The translations under genes were made by a program, and so were the position numbers. Of a DNA stretch of 56,073 nt, positions 8,166 through 16,946 are shown in pieces; position 1 is the stretch's first letter, and every line of letters begins with the position of its first letter. The notes under the pieces are model-generated. The model was not told the DNA's origin. It did not search any database and saw nothing but the letters and a program-made list of their open reading frames with translations. The stretch is from Verrucomicrobiota bacterium (GTDB lineage: Bacteria > Verrucomicrobiota > Verrucomicrobiia > Limisphaerales > UBA9464): the NCBI GenBank assembly GCA_029865985.1, contig JARXAF010000140.1, forward strand, positions 1 to 56,073, in the 5' to 3' direction.

Positions 8166-11100
8166 ATGGCCGGACTTTCCATGTCGCCCCTTCCGGGCAC
8201 CCGTGTCGTTCGACACGCCGGAGACACGCTGACGTTCATCTTGACCGCACCCGATGGTCACATCGGTGAGGGGTGGCAGGCACGACTCCGCACCAACGTC
8301 GGCCGGGCGGAACGGGTCCGCGAGGAAATCCTCCAATCGCACTTTGAGAAACTGCCTCTGGCCGGCGCGGCCTGGCGTGACTTGCCCCTGCAACCCACGG
8401 CCGACGGGCAGTGGTCCATCACTCTGTCCCTGACCGAAGTGGGGTATTTCAAGGCCAAGGCCTACGCCATTGATCCAAAGGGTTTCCAGCATTGGCCCGA
8501 TGGCGCCGACGTGGGTATCAGCATCCATCCGTCGTGGACCCGGACAGCCAATACCGTCTACTGCGCCTTCCCACGCATGTTCGGCGAGTGGTCCAAACAC
8601 CGCATCACCACCGCGGAAGACCACCATACACCCATTCTCAAAGCGTTGGATCAGGAGGGTTTCACTGTGATCCCCCCCAGCGGAACCCTGAGGTCGCTGA
8701 TCACTGAACTGCCCCACATTATCGACCGCCTCGGCTGCCGGATTCTCCACCTTCTGCCGGTGAGTCCGACTCCGACCACCTTCGCCCGTTTCGGTCGCTT
8801 CGGTTCTCCCTACGCACTCCAACACCTCACCCAAATCGATCCGGCCCTCATCGAGTTCGATCGGCGCACCACAGGCGTCGACCAGTTTCGAGAGTTGGCG
8901 GTGGAAATCCATTCGCGCGGAGCCAAGCTGATGCTGGATCTGGTCATCAACCACACCGGTTGGGGCAGCGCCGAATGGGAAGAACATCCGGAGTGGTTCA
9001 TCCGCAAACCCAATGGCGAATTCGAGTGCCCCGGAGCTTGGAACGTGGTCTGGGAAGATCTGGTCGAGATGGATCAGGGGCACGTGGCCCTCTGGGATTA
9101 TTTGGCCGACGCGTTTCTCATCTGGTGCCAACGGGGAGTCGATGGCTTCCGCTGCGACGCCGGCTACAAAATCCCTCCGCATGTCTGGCAGTTCATCACT
9201 GCGAAGGTGCGTCGGGAATTTCCAGATACCGTGTTTCTCTTGGAGGGATTGGGTGGGCCTTGGGATGCCACGGAAGCCTGCTTGGCGGAAGGGGGAATGC
9301 AATGGGCCTACAGCGAGCTCTTCCAGAACCACGGCTCCTTGGGAATCAGCGGGTATCTGGACCATCACCTCCGGGCCAGCAGTCGTTCGGGCACCCTGAT
9401 CCACTACAGCGAGACCCATGACAATTCGCGTTTGGCCGCCAATGGAGGCGTGCCGGGCCAACCGGCCACCCCAGAAGGCCGCCGGTGGTCCCTCTTCCGA
9501 AATCGGCTGGCCGCGTTGACCTCCATCCAAGGTGGATACGGTTTCACCAACGGAGTGGAATGGTGTGCCACCGAACAAATCAACGTCCACAGCAGCCGCG
9601 GGTTGGCTTGGGGTTCTCCCGATTCCATCGTGGCTGAATTGTCGGCCCTCAATCGCCTGATCAGCAATCATCCCTGCTTCTTCGATGGGGCGTTGCTGCA
9701 ACGTCTGAGTGAGCCTCAATCCGCCGTTTATGCTCTGAGGCGTGACTCCGCTGAAGGCCTCGACCAAGTCCTCGTGCTGGCCAACACGGAATTCGAGGAA
9801 GAGCGATCCATCGAATTGGCGCGGTCCGTCTGGGAAGAGTTGGGCCAGCCGAACATTGACCTGATGGGTTACTCGCCAGCTCCGAAGTGGCAATCGGTGC
9901 CATCTACCCCAGGGTCCGCTGACCAGCGAATCCGGATCACACTGGCTCCCGGGGCAACCCACTGCCTGACAAAATCCGTCACTCCGGTCGGGTTGTCTGG
10001 CGATTCCTATCGAGATGCCCGCCGCCGTGCCGACTGGGCTGCCCATTGCGAAGGGAGGGTCACCCGCGGGCAACCGAGATTGCCGATCGATTGGAAACAC
10101 TGCGCCGATTGGGTCGCCCGTGATCCCGAAGGGTATTTGGCAGCCATGCTTTGCGATACCCCCACTCAGGAAGGCGGTTCTGGAGCGTATCGCCCTGTCA
10201 TCGTCTGGAAACTGAGCGACCAGACACGCATCACCCTCGTCCCTATCGGACACTGGGTGCTCATCCGAGACACCCACCGCTTCCGCGTGCGAGCCAGTTT
10301 GGTGGAGGGTGGGCTTGGATTTCATGAGGAGTCCATCCCCACACTCGAGGACCACATTGCGGTCATCCCCCCTCGGAGCAGACGAGGCGACGTGGTTTTG
10401 GAACTCGAGCGCTATGCCCCGACCGATCCCAAGATCAGCGCCACCCTACGGTATCTGGATTCAACCCCGGCTGAACTGCCGTCCATTCCTCCGGATCCGG
10501 AGAATTCCACGGTCTTATTGACCAATGGTCGGGGCGGCATGGCCCGGATTTGTCTGGATCTGGGACGCATCCATTCCAAATACGACTGTGTCCTCGGCGC
10601 GAATCTCCACCCGGAGGTGCCGGTGGATCGGCACGTGATGGCCAAGCGCATCCGTGCCTGGGTCAATGCCGATGGCTTCATCTCGCCACTCGACGCATCC
10701 AATCTGGTCAATGTGGAGACCACTGCACCCACCCACTGGCGTTTCATCGCCAATGCCGGCGATGGTCGCAGTGTAGAAATCCGCGTGGTGGCTGACATGC
10801 TGGACGGCAAGAACACCACCGTCTTTCAGTTCGATCGCCCCACCTCGGCCGGTCACGATTCACGACTAGGAAAGCCTCTGCCTTCGACATGCGATGTGCG
10901 ACTGGTGGTCCGGGTCGATCTGGAAGACCGCAACTTTCATTGGGAAACCCATCTCAGTCCTGAAACCGAAGGACATTTTCTTCGCTCTACAAAGAGCCTG
11001 CACCGCAGCAAGAACAGCGAACTTTCGGAAGATGAAGTCCGTGGTTTTTCGTTTGAACCTGACCCGTCGCGCCGCGTGCAAGTGTCGGTGACTCAAGGTC

Positions 11101-12575
11101 GATTCCACCCGGCTGTGGAATGGTGCCGTGGCATTCCCCATCCGCTGGAATCCAGTCGTGGGATGAATGGCTCGGGCGACGCCTACAGCCCGGGCTGGTT
11201 TGAGATCCCACTCACTCCGGGGAACTCCTCCACCATCACCGTCTCCGCGGAAAGCGAAGAGGTTTCCAACGCTCAATTGGAGAGCTTCGTCCAGCGACGC
11301 CAGGGCGTTTTGGGCTGCAGCACGACCTGCGCCATGGAAACCCTGCTGCGTCGGTCCCTCACCAGCTTCGTGGTCCGACGTGCGGATTCCGTGAGCGTCA
11401 TCGCCGGTTACCCCTGGTTTCTGGATTGGGGTCGCGATTCATTGATCGCCGCCCGAGGTTTGATCGCCGCCGATCGGTTTGCCGAAGTCCGTCAATTGCT
11501 GGTCACCTTCGGTCGTTTCGAGGAGTTGGGAACCCTGCCGAATTCCATCCACGGCGAGAATGCCTCCAACCGCGAGACCAGCGACGCCTCGCTGTGGTAC
11601 GGCATCGTGGCCGAAGAACTGGCCGCCACCGATCCCTTAGGAGCAGAATCGGTCTTTGCATTGAACACCGGCGACCGCCAGAACCGGACCGTTCAAGACG
11701 TGCTCCGGTCCATTGCTTCCGGTTATCTCAAAGGAACTCCGCAGGGCATCCGCGTCGATCCCGACAGCGCGCTCGTCTGGAGCCCCAGCCACTTTACCTG
11801 GATGGATACCAACCATCCGGCTGGCACCCCCCGACAGGGCTATCCGGTGGAAATTCAGGTGCTGTGGATCCGCCTCCTTCGATTGCTGGATCGATTGGGA
11901 TGCCCGCCCGCCGAATCCGCCGAGGGATGGGGGCTGCTGGCTCAGCGTGCTGAAACCTCCTTCCACCAACGGTTCTGGATCGAAGAACTCGGCTGGTTCG
12001 CCGACTGCTTGCATTGCCACCAGGGTCAACCGGCTGCCACCGCCGTCCGGGACAATGCCCTCAGGAGCAATTGCCTGTTGGCCATCGCCCTCGATTTGGT
12101 GGTTGGAGTGAAGGCTCGGCGCACCGTCGAGGCTGCCCAGCGGTATCTCGTGGTACCTGGCGCACTTCGATCACTGGCCCCGTTGCCGGTTTATCCGCCG
12201 CTGCCCATTTGGCACCATGGACGGCTGCTCAACCATCCCGAGGAACCGTATTGGTCCGAATACGCCGGCGATGAAGACACCCGGCGCAAACCGGCTTATC
12301 ACAATGGAACGGCCTGGCTGTGGACCTTCCCCAGTTTCTGCGAAGCCCTCGTGAAGGCCTACGCCCAAAGCCCCGCAGCCATCCAAGCCGCTCGAGCCTA
12401 CCTGACCAGCGTGGATTCCCACTTGTTGCGCGGCTGTGTCGGGCAATTGCCAGAAATCCTGGATGGGGACGCCCCCCACCTGCCCCGTGGCTGTGACGCC
12501 CAGGCCTGGAGTGTCACCGAAGTGCTGCGAGTGTGGCGTTGGCTCAATAGCCTGCCGGCGGGTCTTGGCGAATAA
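8166..12575 (+). CDS. Bifunctional glycogen debranching enzyme-like protein (GH13 domain + amylo-alpha-1,6-glucosidase GH133/GDE_C)
   Basis: GH13 regions DLVINHT, GFRCDAG, LLEG, ETHDN; GDE_N-like LLTNGRGG; GDE_C motifs AGYPWF.DWGRD, FTWMD, PVEIQ, AYHNGTAW, QLPEILDG, GCDAQAWSV; start uncertain (8112/8166/8181). Confidence 0.9.
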   Translation: MAGLSMSPLPGTRVVRHAGDTLTFILTAPDGHIGEGWQARLRTNVGRAERVREEILQSHFEKLPLAGAAWRDLPLQPTADGQWSITLSLTEVGYFKAKAYAIDPKGFQHWPDGADVGISIHPSWTRTANTVYCAFPRMFGEWSKHRITTAEDHHTPILKALDQEGFTVIPPSGTLRSLITELPHIIDRLGCRILHLLPVSPTPTTFARFGRFGSPYALQHLTQIDPALIEFDRRTTGVDQFRELAVEIHSRGAKLMLDLVINHTGWGSAEWEEHPEWFIRKPNGEFECPGAWNVVWEDLVEMDQGHVALWDYLADAFLIWCQRGVDGFRCDAGYKIPPHVWQFITAKVRREFPDTVFLLEGLGGPWDATEACLAEGGMQWAYSELFQNHGSLGISGYLDHHLRASSRSGTLIHYSETHDNSRLAANGGVPGQPATPEGRRWSLFRNRLAALTSIQGGYGFTNGVEWCATEQINVHSSRGLAWGSPDSIVAELSALNRLISNHPCFFDGALLQRLSEPQSAVYALRRDSAEGLDQVLVLANTEFEEERSIELARSVWEELGQPNIDLMGYSPAPKWQSVPSTPGSADQRIRITLAPGATHCLTKSVTPVGLSGDSYRDARRRADWAAHCEGRVTRGQPRLPIDWKHCADWVARDPEGYLAAMLCDTPTQEGGSGAYRPVIVWKLSDQTRITLVPIGHWVLIRDTHRFRVRASLVEGGLGFHEESIPTLEDHIAVIPPRSRRGDVVLELERYAPTDPKISATLRYLDSTPAELPSIPPDPENSTVLLTNGRGGMARICLDLGRIHSKYDCVLGANLHPEVPVDRHVMAKRIRAWVNADGFISPLDASNLVNVETTAPTHWRFIANAGDGRSVEIRVVADMLDGKNTTVFQFDRPTSAGHDSRLGKPLPSTCDVRLVVRVDLEDRNFHWETHLSPETEGHFLRSTKSLHRSKNSELSEDEVRGFSFEPDPSRRVQVSVTQGRFHPAVEWCRGIPHPLESSRGMNGSGDAYSPGWFEIPLTPGNSSTITVSAESEEVSNAQLESFVQRRQGVLGCSTTCAMETLLRRSLTSFVVRRADSVSVIAGYPWFLDWGRDSLIAARGLIAADRFAEVRQLLVTFGRFEELGTLPNSIHGENASNRETSDASLWYGIVAEELAATDPLGAESVFALNTGDRQNRTVQDVLRSIASGYLKGTPQGIRVDPDSALVWSPSHFTWMDTNHPAGTPRQGYPVEIQVLWIRLLRLLDRLGCPPAESAEGWGLLAQRAETSFHQRFWIEELGWFADCLHCHQGQPAATAVRDNALRSNCLLAIALDLVVGVKARRTVEAAQRYLVVPGALRSLAPLPVYPPLPIWHHGRLLNHPEEPYWSEYAGDEDTRRKPAYHNGTAWLWTFPSFCEALVKAYAQSPAAIQAARAYLTSVDSHLLRGCVGQLPEILDGDAPHLPRGCDAQAWSVTEVLRVWRWLNSLPAGLGE

Positions 12576-12698
12576 CTCCCACCCAGTAGAGCACTAACCA
12601 TTCGGTGAAATTGTAGGATTCCGAAAAGACACGGATTTGAAAAATTTGGGCTAAATCCTTCCCGAAGCCCTTGACGGTCTCCTAGGCTCCCCTCGCAC

Positions 12699-14561
12699 AT
12701 GCGATCGAGTTCGGCATTCGACAAACTTTTGGAGCGTTTGGTGGGCGGTTTGCTGCTGTTTACTGTGGCATGGCTGACCTTTTGGTTTGCCGGGGTGAAC
12801 CCTCGAGAAGCCGGCATCGGATTTGCCGCCATCGGTTTGGCTTGGTTGGTTTGGACGCTACGAATCTGGGTCGAGCCCTCCCACCGGTTCCTTCTGCCGC
12901 CCGTCACCTGGTCGGTCGCGATCTTCTTCTGCTACGCCGCCTGGAGAACCCACCAAGCCACTGTTCCATACTGGGCGCTTCAGGAGGTCTTCCTCATCGG
13001 ACTTTGTGCGGTGACCTTCTTCATCAGCTTGCACAATCTCCACCGGCAAGAGACGGCGGGATGGGTCGTGAACGGTCTTTTGCTCATCGGCCTCCTGTCG
13101 TCGGCATACGCCATCGTTCAATTCACCCAAAACTCCCAGAAGGTGCTCTGGGAAACACAGCCGCTGGTCTACTACAAACGCTACGGGGCCACGTTCGTAA
13201 ACCCCAATCACCTGGCGGCATTCTTGGTCATGCTCATGCCGCTGGCACTGTCTCATGCCTTCCTCGGACGAGGCGGAGCCGTCCAACGCATCATTGCTGG
13301 ATACGCGGCGCTGGTGATGCTCGGAGGCATCGCCGTCACCATGTCTCGCGGCGGTTGGCTGGGTGCCGGCGTGGCTGTCGCCACCTTTTCGCTCTGGCTG
13401 CTCCGGCGTCCGCAGTATCGCATCCCGATGGCCGCACTCATGGCGGTGCTTTGCATCGGCTCGATCACCTTTTTGATCCAGTCCGAAAAAGCCCGCGCAC
13501 GCATCGATGCGCTGACGACCTCTGGTAAAAAGGACAGCGGACTCTTCCGCGCATGGCTCTGGAAGCCCGCCTTGCAAATGTGGTCGGACCATCGATTGAA
13601 TGGGGTTGGCCCCGGCCAATTCGACACCCGCTTTCCGGCCTACCGGACTCCCACCACACCGCTCAGTCCCCAACATGTCCACAACGAGTACTTGGAACTC
13701 CTCGTGGAATACGGAGCCGTGGGTGCCGGCATCGTCGGCTTGGGTTTGGTGGCCTTTGGATACGGGCTTTACCGCACCTCCCGTCATGTCGAGCGGGGCT
13801 CCTCCGACCTCGGGGTCAAACAAAGCAACCGGACAGCCTTCTTCGCCGGAAGTGTGGCCGGCTTGGCGGGGCTCGGAGCGCACTGTTTTTTTGATTTCAA
13901 TTTGCACATCCCCGCCATCGCGGTGACCGCCTCCATCTTGTCGGGAATCCTGGTTTCCAACACCCGATTTGCCACGGAACGCTTCTGGATCAAGTCGTAC
14001 TTGCCCCTCCGGTTGGTGGCTACGGGTGTCATGGGCGGCCTCCTGTACTGGATGATCCCGCTCGGAGCCACAGCAGCGCGCGAAGACGCCCACCTCAAAC
14101 GCGCCGAGCGACGCTCCACTGTTGACGAACTGTTCTTCCAAGAACTAGCCCAAGCAGCCGCCCTCGCACCGGGGAACCCCATGACGCCCTATTGGTATGG
14201 CGAGGAAATGCGACGCCTGAGCTGGCAAGGCCTACCCGGTTGGGAAAAGCAGGCACAGGAAGCACTCTTGTGGCTGCAGAAGTCCTCCGCACTCGATCCG
14301 TTCAATGCCCGGACCCGGGTGGCCATGGGGCTGTGCCATCAATGGCTCGGCGATTTGAAGTCGGCCTCTGACTCCTTCGAGTCGGCATTGAAGCTGGGGC
14401 CCAACGACGTGGCCGTGCTCAACGCCCTCAGTTGGAACCTGATTGTGCGGGGAGATTCAGACCGGGCTCGGTTGCTGGTCGAGCAGTCGCTGAAGATCAA
14501 CCCCTGGGACAACTGGGAGGCGAAATCCTACGCGCAACGCCTGCAAACTGGGGCGCATTGA
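12699..14561 (+). CDS. O-antigen ligase (Wzy_C) family membrane protein with C-terminal TPR repeats
   Basis: TFVNPNHLA, T.SRGGW, R..LW......W.....GVGPGQF, HVHNEYLE...E.G.VG; TPR-like helices ALDP.N, ALKLGPND. Confidence 0.85.
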   Translation: MRSSSAFDKLLERLVGGLLLFTVAWLTFWFAGVNPREAGIGFAAIGLAWLVWTLRIWVEPSHRFLLPPVTWSVAIFFCYAAWRTHQATVPYWALQEVFLIGLCAVTFFISLHNLHRQETAGWVVNGLLLIGLLSSAYAIVQFTQNSQKVLWETQPLVYYKRYGATFVNPNHLAAFLVMLMPLALSHAFLGRGGAVQRIIAGYAALVMLGGIAVTMSRGGWLGAGVAVATFSLWLLRRPQYRIPMAALMAVLCIGSITFLIQSEKARARIDALTTSGKKDSGLFRAWLWKPALQMWSDHRLNGVGPGQFDTRFPAYRTPTTPLSPQHVHNEYLELLVEYGAVGAGIVGLGLVAFGYGLYRTSRHVERGSSDLGVKQSNRTAFFAGSVAGLAGLGAHCFFDFNLHIPAIAVTASILSGILVSNTRFATERFWIKSYLPLRLVATGVMGGLLYWMIPLGATAAREDAHLKRAERRSTVDELFFQELAQAAALAPGNPMTPYWYGEEMRRLSWQGLPGWEKQAQEALLWLQKSSALDPFNARTRVAMGLCHQWLGDLKSASDSFESALKLGPNDVAVLNALSWNLIVRGDSDRARLLVEQSLKINPWDNWEAKSYAQRLQTGAH

Positions 14562-14582
14562 TCCAAAAGCAATCAACGGCCG

Positions 14583-14608
14583 GATCTGATTTCCCGATCT
14601 GATTTCCC
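14583..14608. repeat. 13-bp tandem duplication (GATCTGATTTCCC x2) upstream of ptsH
   Basis: Directly visible in the sequence. Confidence 0.8.
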
Positions 14609-14645
14609 GATTGGCAGATCTCCGGCAACAAAACACCCTCCTCTC

Positions 14646-14945
14646 ATGAGTTCGGCCGCCAACACTGGCGATAAAACCACCCTGTCCCGCGATGTAACGG
14701 TTCAAAACCGGCAGGGAATCCATGCTCGTCCGTCGGCCTCTTTCGTGAAGTTGGCGAGCCAATTCACTTGTGATGTCTTCATTGAAAAGGATGGGGAAAC
14801 CATCAATGGGAAGAGCATCATGGGCCTGCTCATGCTGGCTGCCGGTCCTGGGAGCAAATTGCGCATCGTCTGCACGGGTGCCGACTGTCATGCGGCCATG
14901 ACCCAACTGTGCGCGCTGGTGGATGCCAAGTTTGGTGAAGATTGA
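14646..14945 (+). CDS. ptsH: Phosphocarrier protein HPr
   Basis: GIHARP (phospho-His) and GKSIMGLL (regulatory Ser) motifs. Confidence 0.95.
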   Translation: MSSAANTGDKTTLSRDVTVQNRQGIHARPSASFVKLASQFTCDVFIEKDGETINGKSIMGLLMLAAGPGSKLRIVCTGADCHAAMTQLCALVDAKFGED

Positions 14946-14980
14946 ATTTTTCGCGAATCCGTAATCCGAGCCATCACCCC

Positions 14981-15262
14981 ATGTCCGACTTCAACATCCA
15001 ATACGTTGCCAATCTGGCCCGGGTTGCCCTCACCCCCGATGAGGAACAGCGCCTGGGCCAGCAGTTGACGAACATCCTCGGCTATATCGAGAAGCTCAAG
15101 GAAGTGGATGTCTCGCAGGTGGAACCCACAGCCCATGCGTTCCCACTGGTGAATGTCACGCGACCGGATGTGGTCACTGGTTCGCTGCCTCACGACGAAG
15201 CGATGCGGAACGCCCCCGCCAAGGCCGGCGGTTTGTTTGTGGTTCCCAAGGTGGTGGAATAG
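14981..15262 (+). CDS. gatC: Asp-tRNA(Asn)/Glu-tRNA(Gln) amidotransferase subunit C
   Basis: YVANLAR, IL.YIEKL.EVD...VEPT.H, R.D, NAP...F.VPKV; ATG at 14981. Confidence 0.95.
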   Translation: MSDFNIQYVANLARVALTPDEEQRLGQQLTNILGYIEKLKEVDVSQVEPTAHAFPLVNVTRPDVVTGSLPHDEAMRNAPAKAGGLFVVPKVVE

Positions 15263-15325
15263 TCACTCGGTTGACGGGGCGGGCCCGATTCACCCACCGA
15301 ATCGCCGGGGAATATTTCAGTTTCC

Positions 15326-15354
15326 TTGCCTCAAAGCCTGAGCCCTTCCACCAT
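15326..15354 (+). promoter_or_regulatory. Putative sigma70 promoter for guaB (possibly leaderless)
   Basis: TTGCCT-N17-CACCAT ending 5 nt before ATG 15360. Confidence 0.35.
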
Positions 15355-15359
15355 CGCTC

Positions 15360-16943
15360 ATGGCAGACGCGAGCCCAGCCCACGAGGTCGATTCCGAGTT
15401 CTATCAACCGGCCTCCCGGTTCTTCCCAGCACACAGCCGAACGGCCCTGACCTACGACGACGTCACGCTGGCCACCCTGTACACGGAGATCCTCCCCAAA
15501 GAGAGCCAGATCGACACACGCCTGGCCGATGGACTGCACCTGAACATCCCTCTGGTGTCCGCCGACATGGACACGGTGACCGAAGCCCGCATGGCCATCG
15601 CCATGGCCCTCAACGGCGGACTCGGGCTCATCCACTACAACATGCCCGAGAAGGAGCAACTCTCGGAGGTGTCGCGCGTGAAGAACCACGTGCATGGGCT
15701 TATCCAGGATCCCATCCGTGTCCATCCCGAGCAGCACATTGGTGACGTCCTCGAGCTGATTGAGAAGAAGCGCTTCAGCTTCAGCACGTTCCCGGTCGTC
15801 GATGCCGTTGGAACCTTGCTCGGACTCCTACCGGGTCACGTCGTCAAGCCGCGTTACGCCCATCGGAAAGTCTCCGAGGCGCTCACCCCCCGAGCCCAGG
15901 TCCGTACCATCTCCGAGCGCGAGCTGGGAGCAGACCCCATCGCCCGCGCCGACCGTTTCTTCACCGAGAACCTTGGTATCCACAAGCTGCTCGTGGTGGA
16001 CGATCAAGACCGCCTCAAGGGTCTCTTCACTCTCAGCGACATCGAGCGGATCACCCAGGAAACCGGTGCGGCCCTGAAGCCGGCGCGGGATTCCCAATTC
16101 CGCCTGCTCTGCGGTGCGGCCCTTTCCACGATCCGCCGCAAGGACGGCAGCATCGACCGGGACCGAGTCATCGGTCATGTGGGAGCGCTCATCGATCGTG
16201 GTGTGGACTGCGTGGCCGTCTCCACGGCGCATGGGCACAGCCGCGGTGTCGGCGAGGTTGTGAAGCTCGTTCGCGATGCCTTCGCCCACCTGCCCATCAT
16301 TGCCGGCAACGTGACCAGCGCGGCCGGCGTCGAGTTCTTGGCCTCCAACGGGGCCAATGTGATCAAGGTGGGTCAAGGACCCGGTTCCATTTGCACCACC
16401 CGGGTGGTTGCCGGTGTCGGCATCCCCCAACTCACCGCCCTCTACGTCACATCCCGAGCGGCGGCCGCCTGTGGAGTCACCTTGCTGGCCGATGGTGGCA
16501 TCACCAAATCCGGTGACATCGTGAAGGCTCTGACGCTGGCACAAGGTGTGATTTGCGGAGGCATGTTCGCCGGATGCCCCGAGGCCCCAGGGCAAATCGT
16601 CGAAATCAACGGAAAGCTCTACAAACAATACCGCGGCATGGGCAGCCACGCGGCCATGAAAGCGGGATCCGCTGCCCGCTATGGGCACAGCGCAGACAGC
16701 ACGCGCAAGGCAGCGGCCGAAGGCATCGAGGCACTCAAGGAAGTGGCTGCATCGCTCGATTCCGTGGTGGGACAACTCATCGGTGGTATCCAATCCGGCA
16801 TGGGCTATTTGGGGGCTGCGAATTTGGCAAGCTTGCGGGAGCGGGCGCGGTACATCCAGGTGAGCCCGGCGGGTCAAAAGGAAGCCGCACCGCACGACGT
16901 CATCGAGGTGAAGACTTCCAGCAGCACCGGCGACAAGGCTTGA
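15360..16943 (+). CDS. guaB: IMP dehydrogenase
   Basis: [19 protein letters not shown] pair, [14 protein letters not shown] (catalytic Cys), ADGGI, YRGMGS, SGMGY.GA. Confidence 0.96.
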   Translation: MADASPAHEVDSEFYQPASRFFPAHSRTALTYDDVTLATLYTEILPKESQIDTRLADGLHLNIPLVSADMDTVTEARMAIAMALNGGLGLIHYNMPEKEQLSEVSRVKNHVHGLIQDPIRVHPEQHIGDVLELIEKKRFSFSTFPVVDAVGTLLGLLPGHVVKPRYAHRKVSEALTPRAQVRTISERELGADPIARADRFFTENLGIHKLLVVDDQDRLKGLFTLSDIERITQETGAALKPARDSQFRLLCGAALSTIRRKDGSIDRDRVIGHVGALIDRGVDCVAVSTAHGHSRGVGEVVKLVRDAFAHLPIIAGNVTSAAGVEFLASNGANVIKVGQGPGSICTTRVVAGVGIPQLTALYVTSRAAAACGVTLLADGGITKSGDIVKALTLAQGVICGGMFAGCPEAPGQIVEINGKLYKQYRGMGSHAAMKAGSAARYGHSADSTRKAAAEGIEALKEVAASLDSVVGQLIGGIQSGMGYLGAANLASLRERARYIQVSPAGQKEAAPHDVIEVKTSSSTGDKA

Positions 16944-16946
16944 GGC

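Noticed and set aside
8034-10355. 773-aa minus-strand ORF, and similar long antisense ORFs (22182-23774, 28439-29509, 36978-38345, 38170-39753, 54409-55518)
   Set aside because: They lie opposite well-supported genes, have no recognisable motifs, and are the expected shadow of strong GC3 codon bias
3917-12589. CACCCAGTAG shortly after two different stop codons (3917 and 12580)
   Set aside because: A 10-mer match is expected by chance in 56 kb and the similarity does not extend
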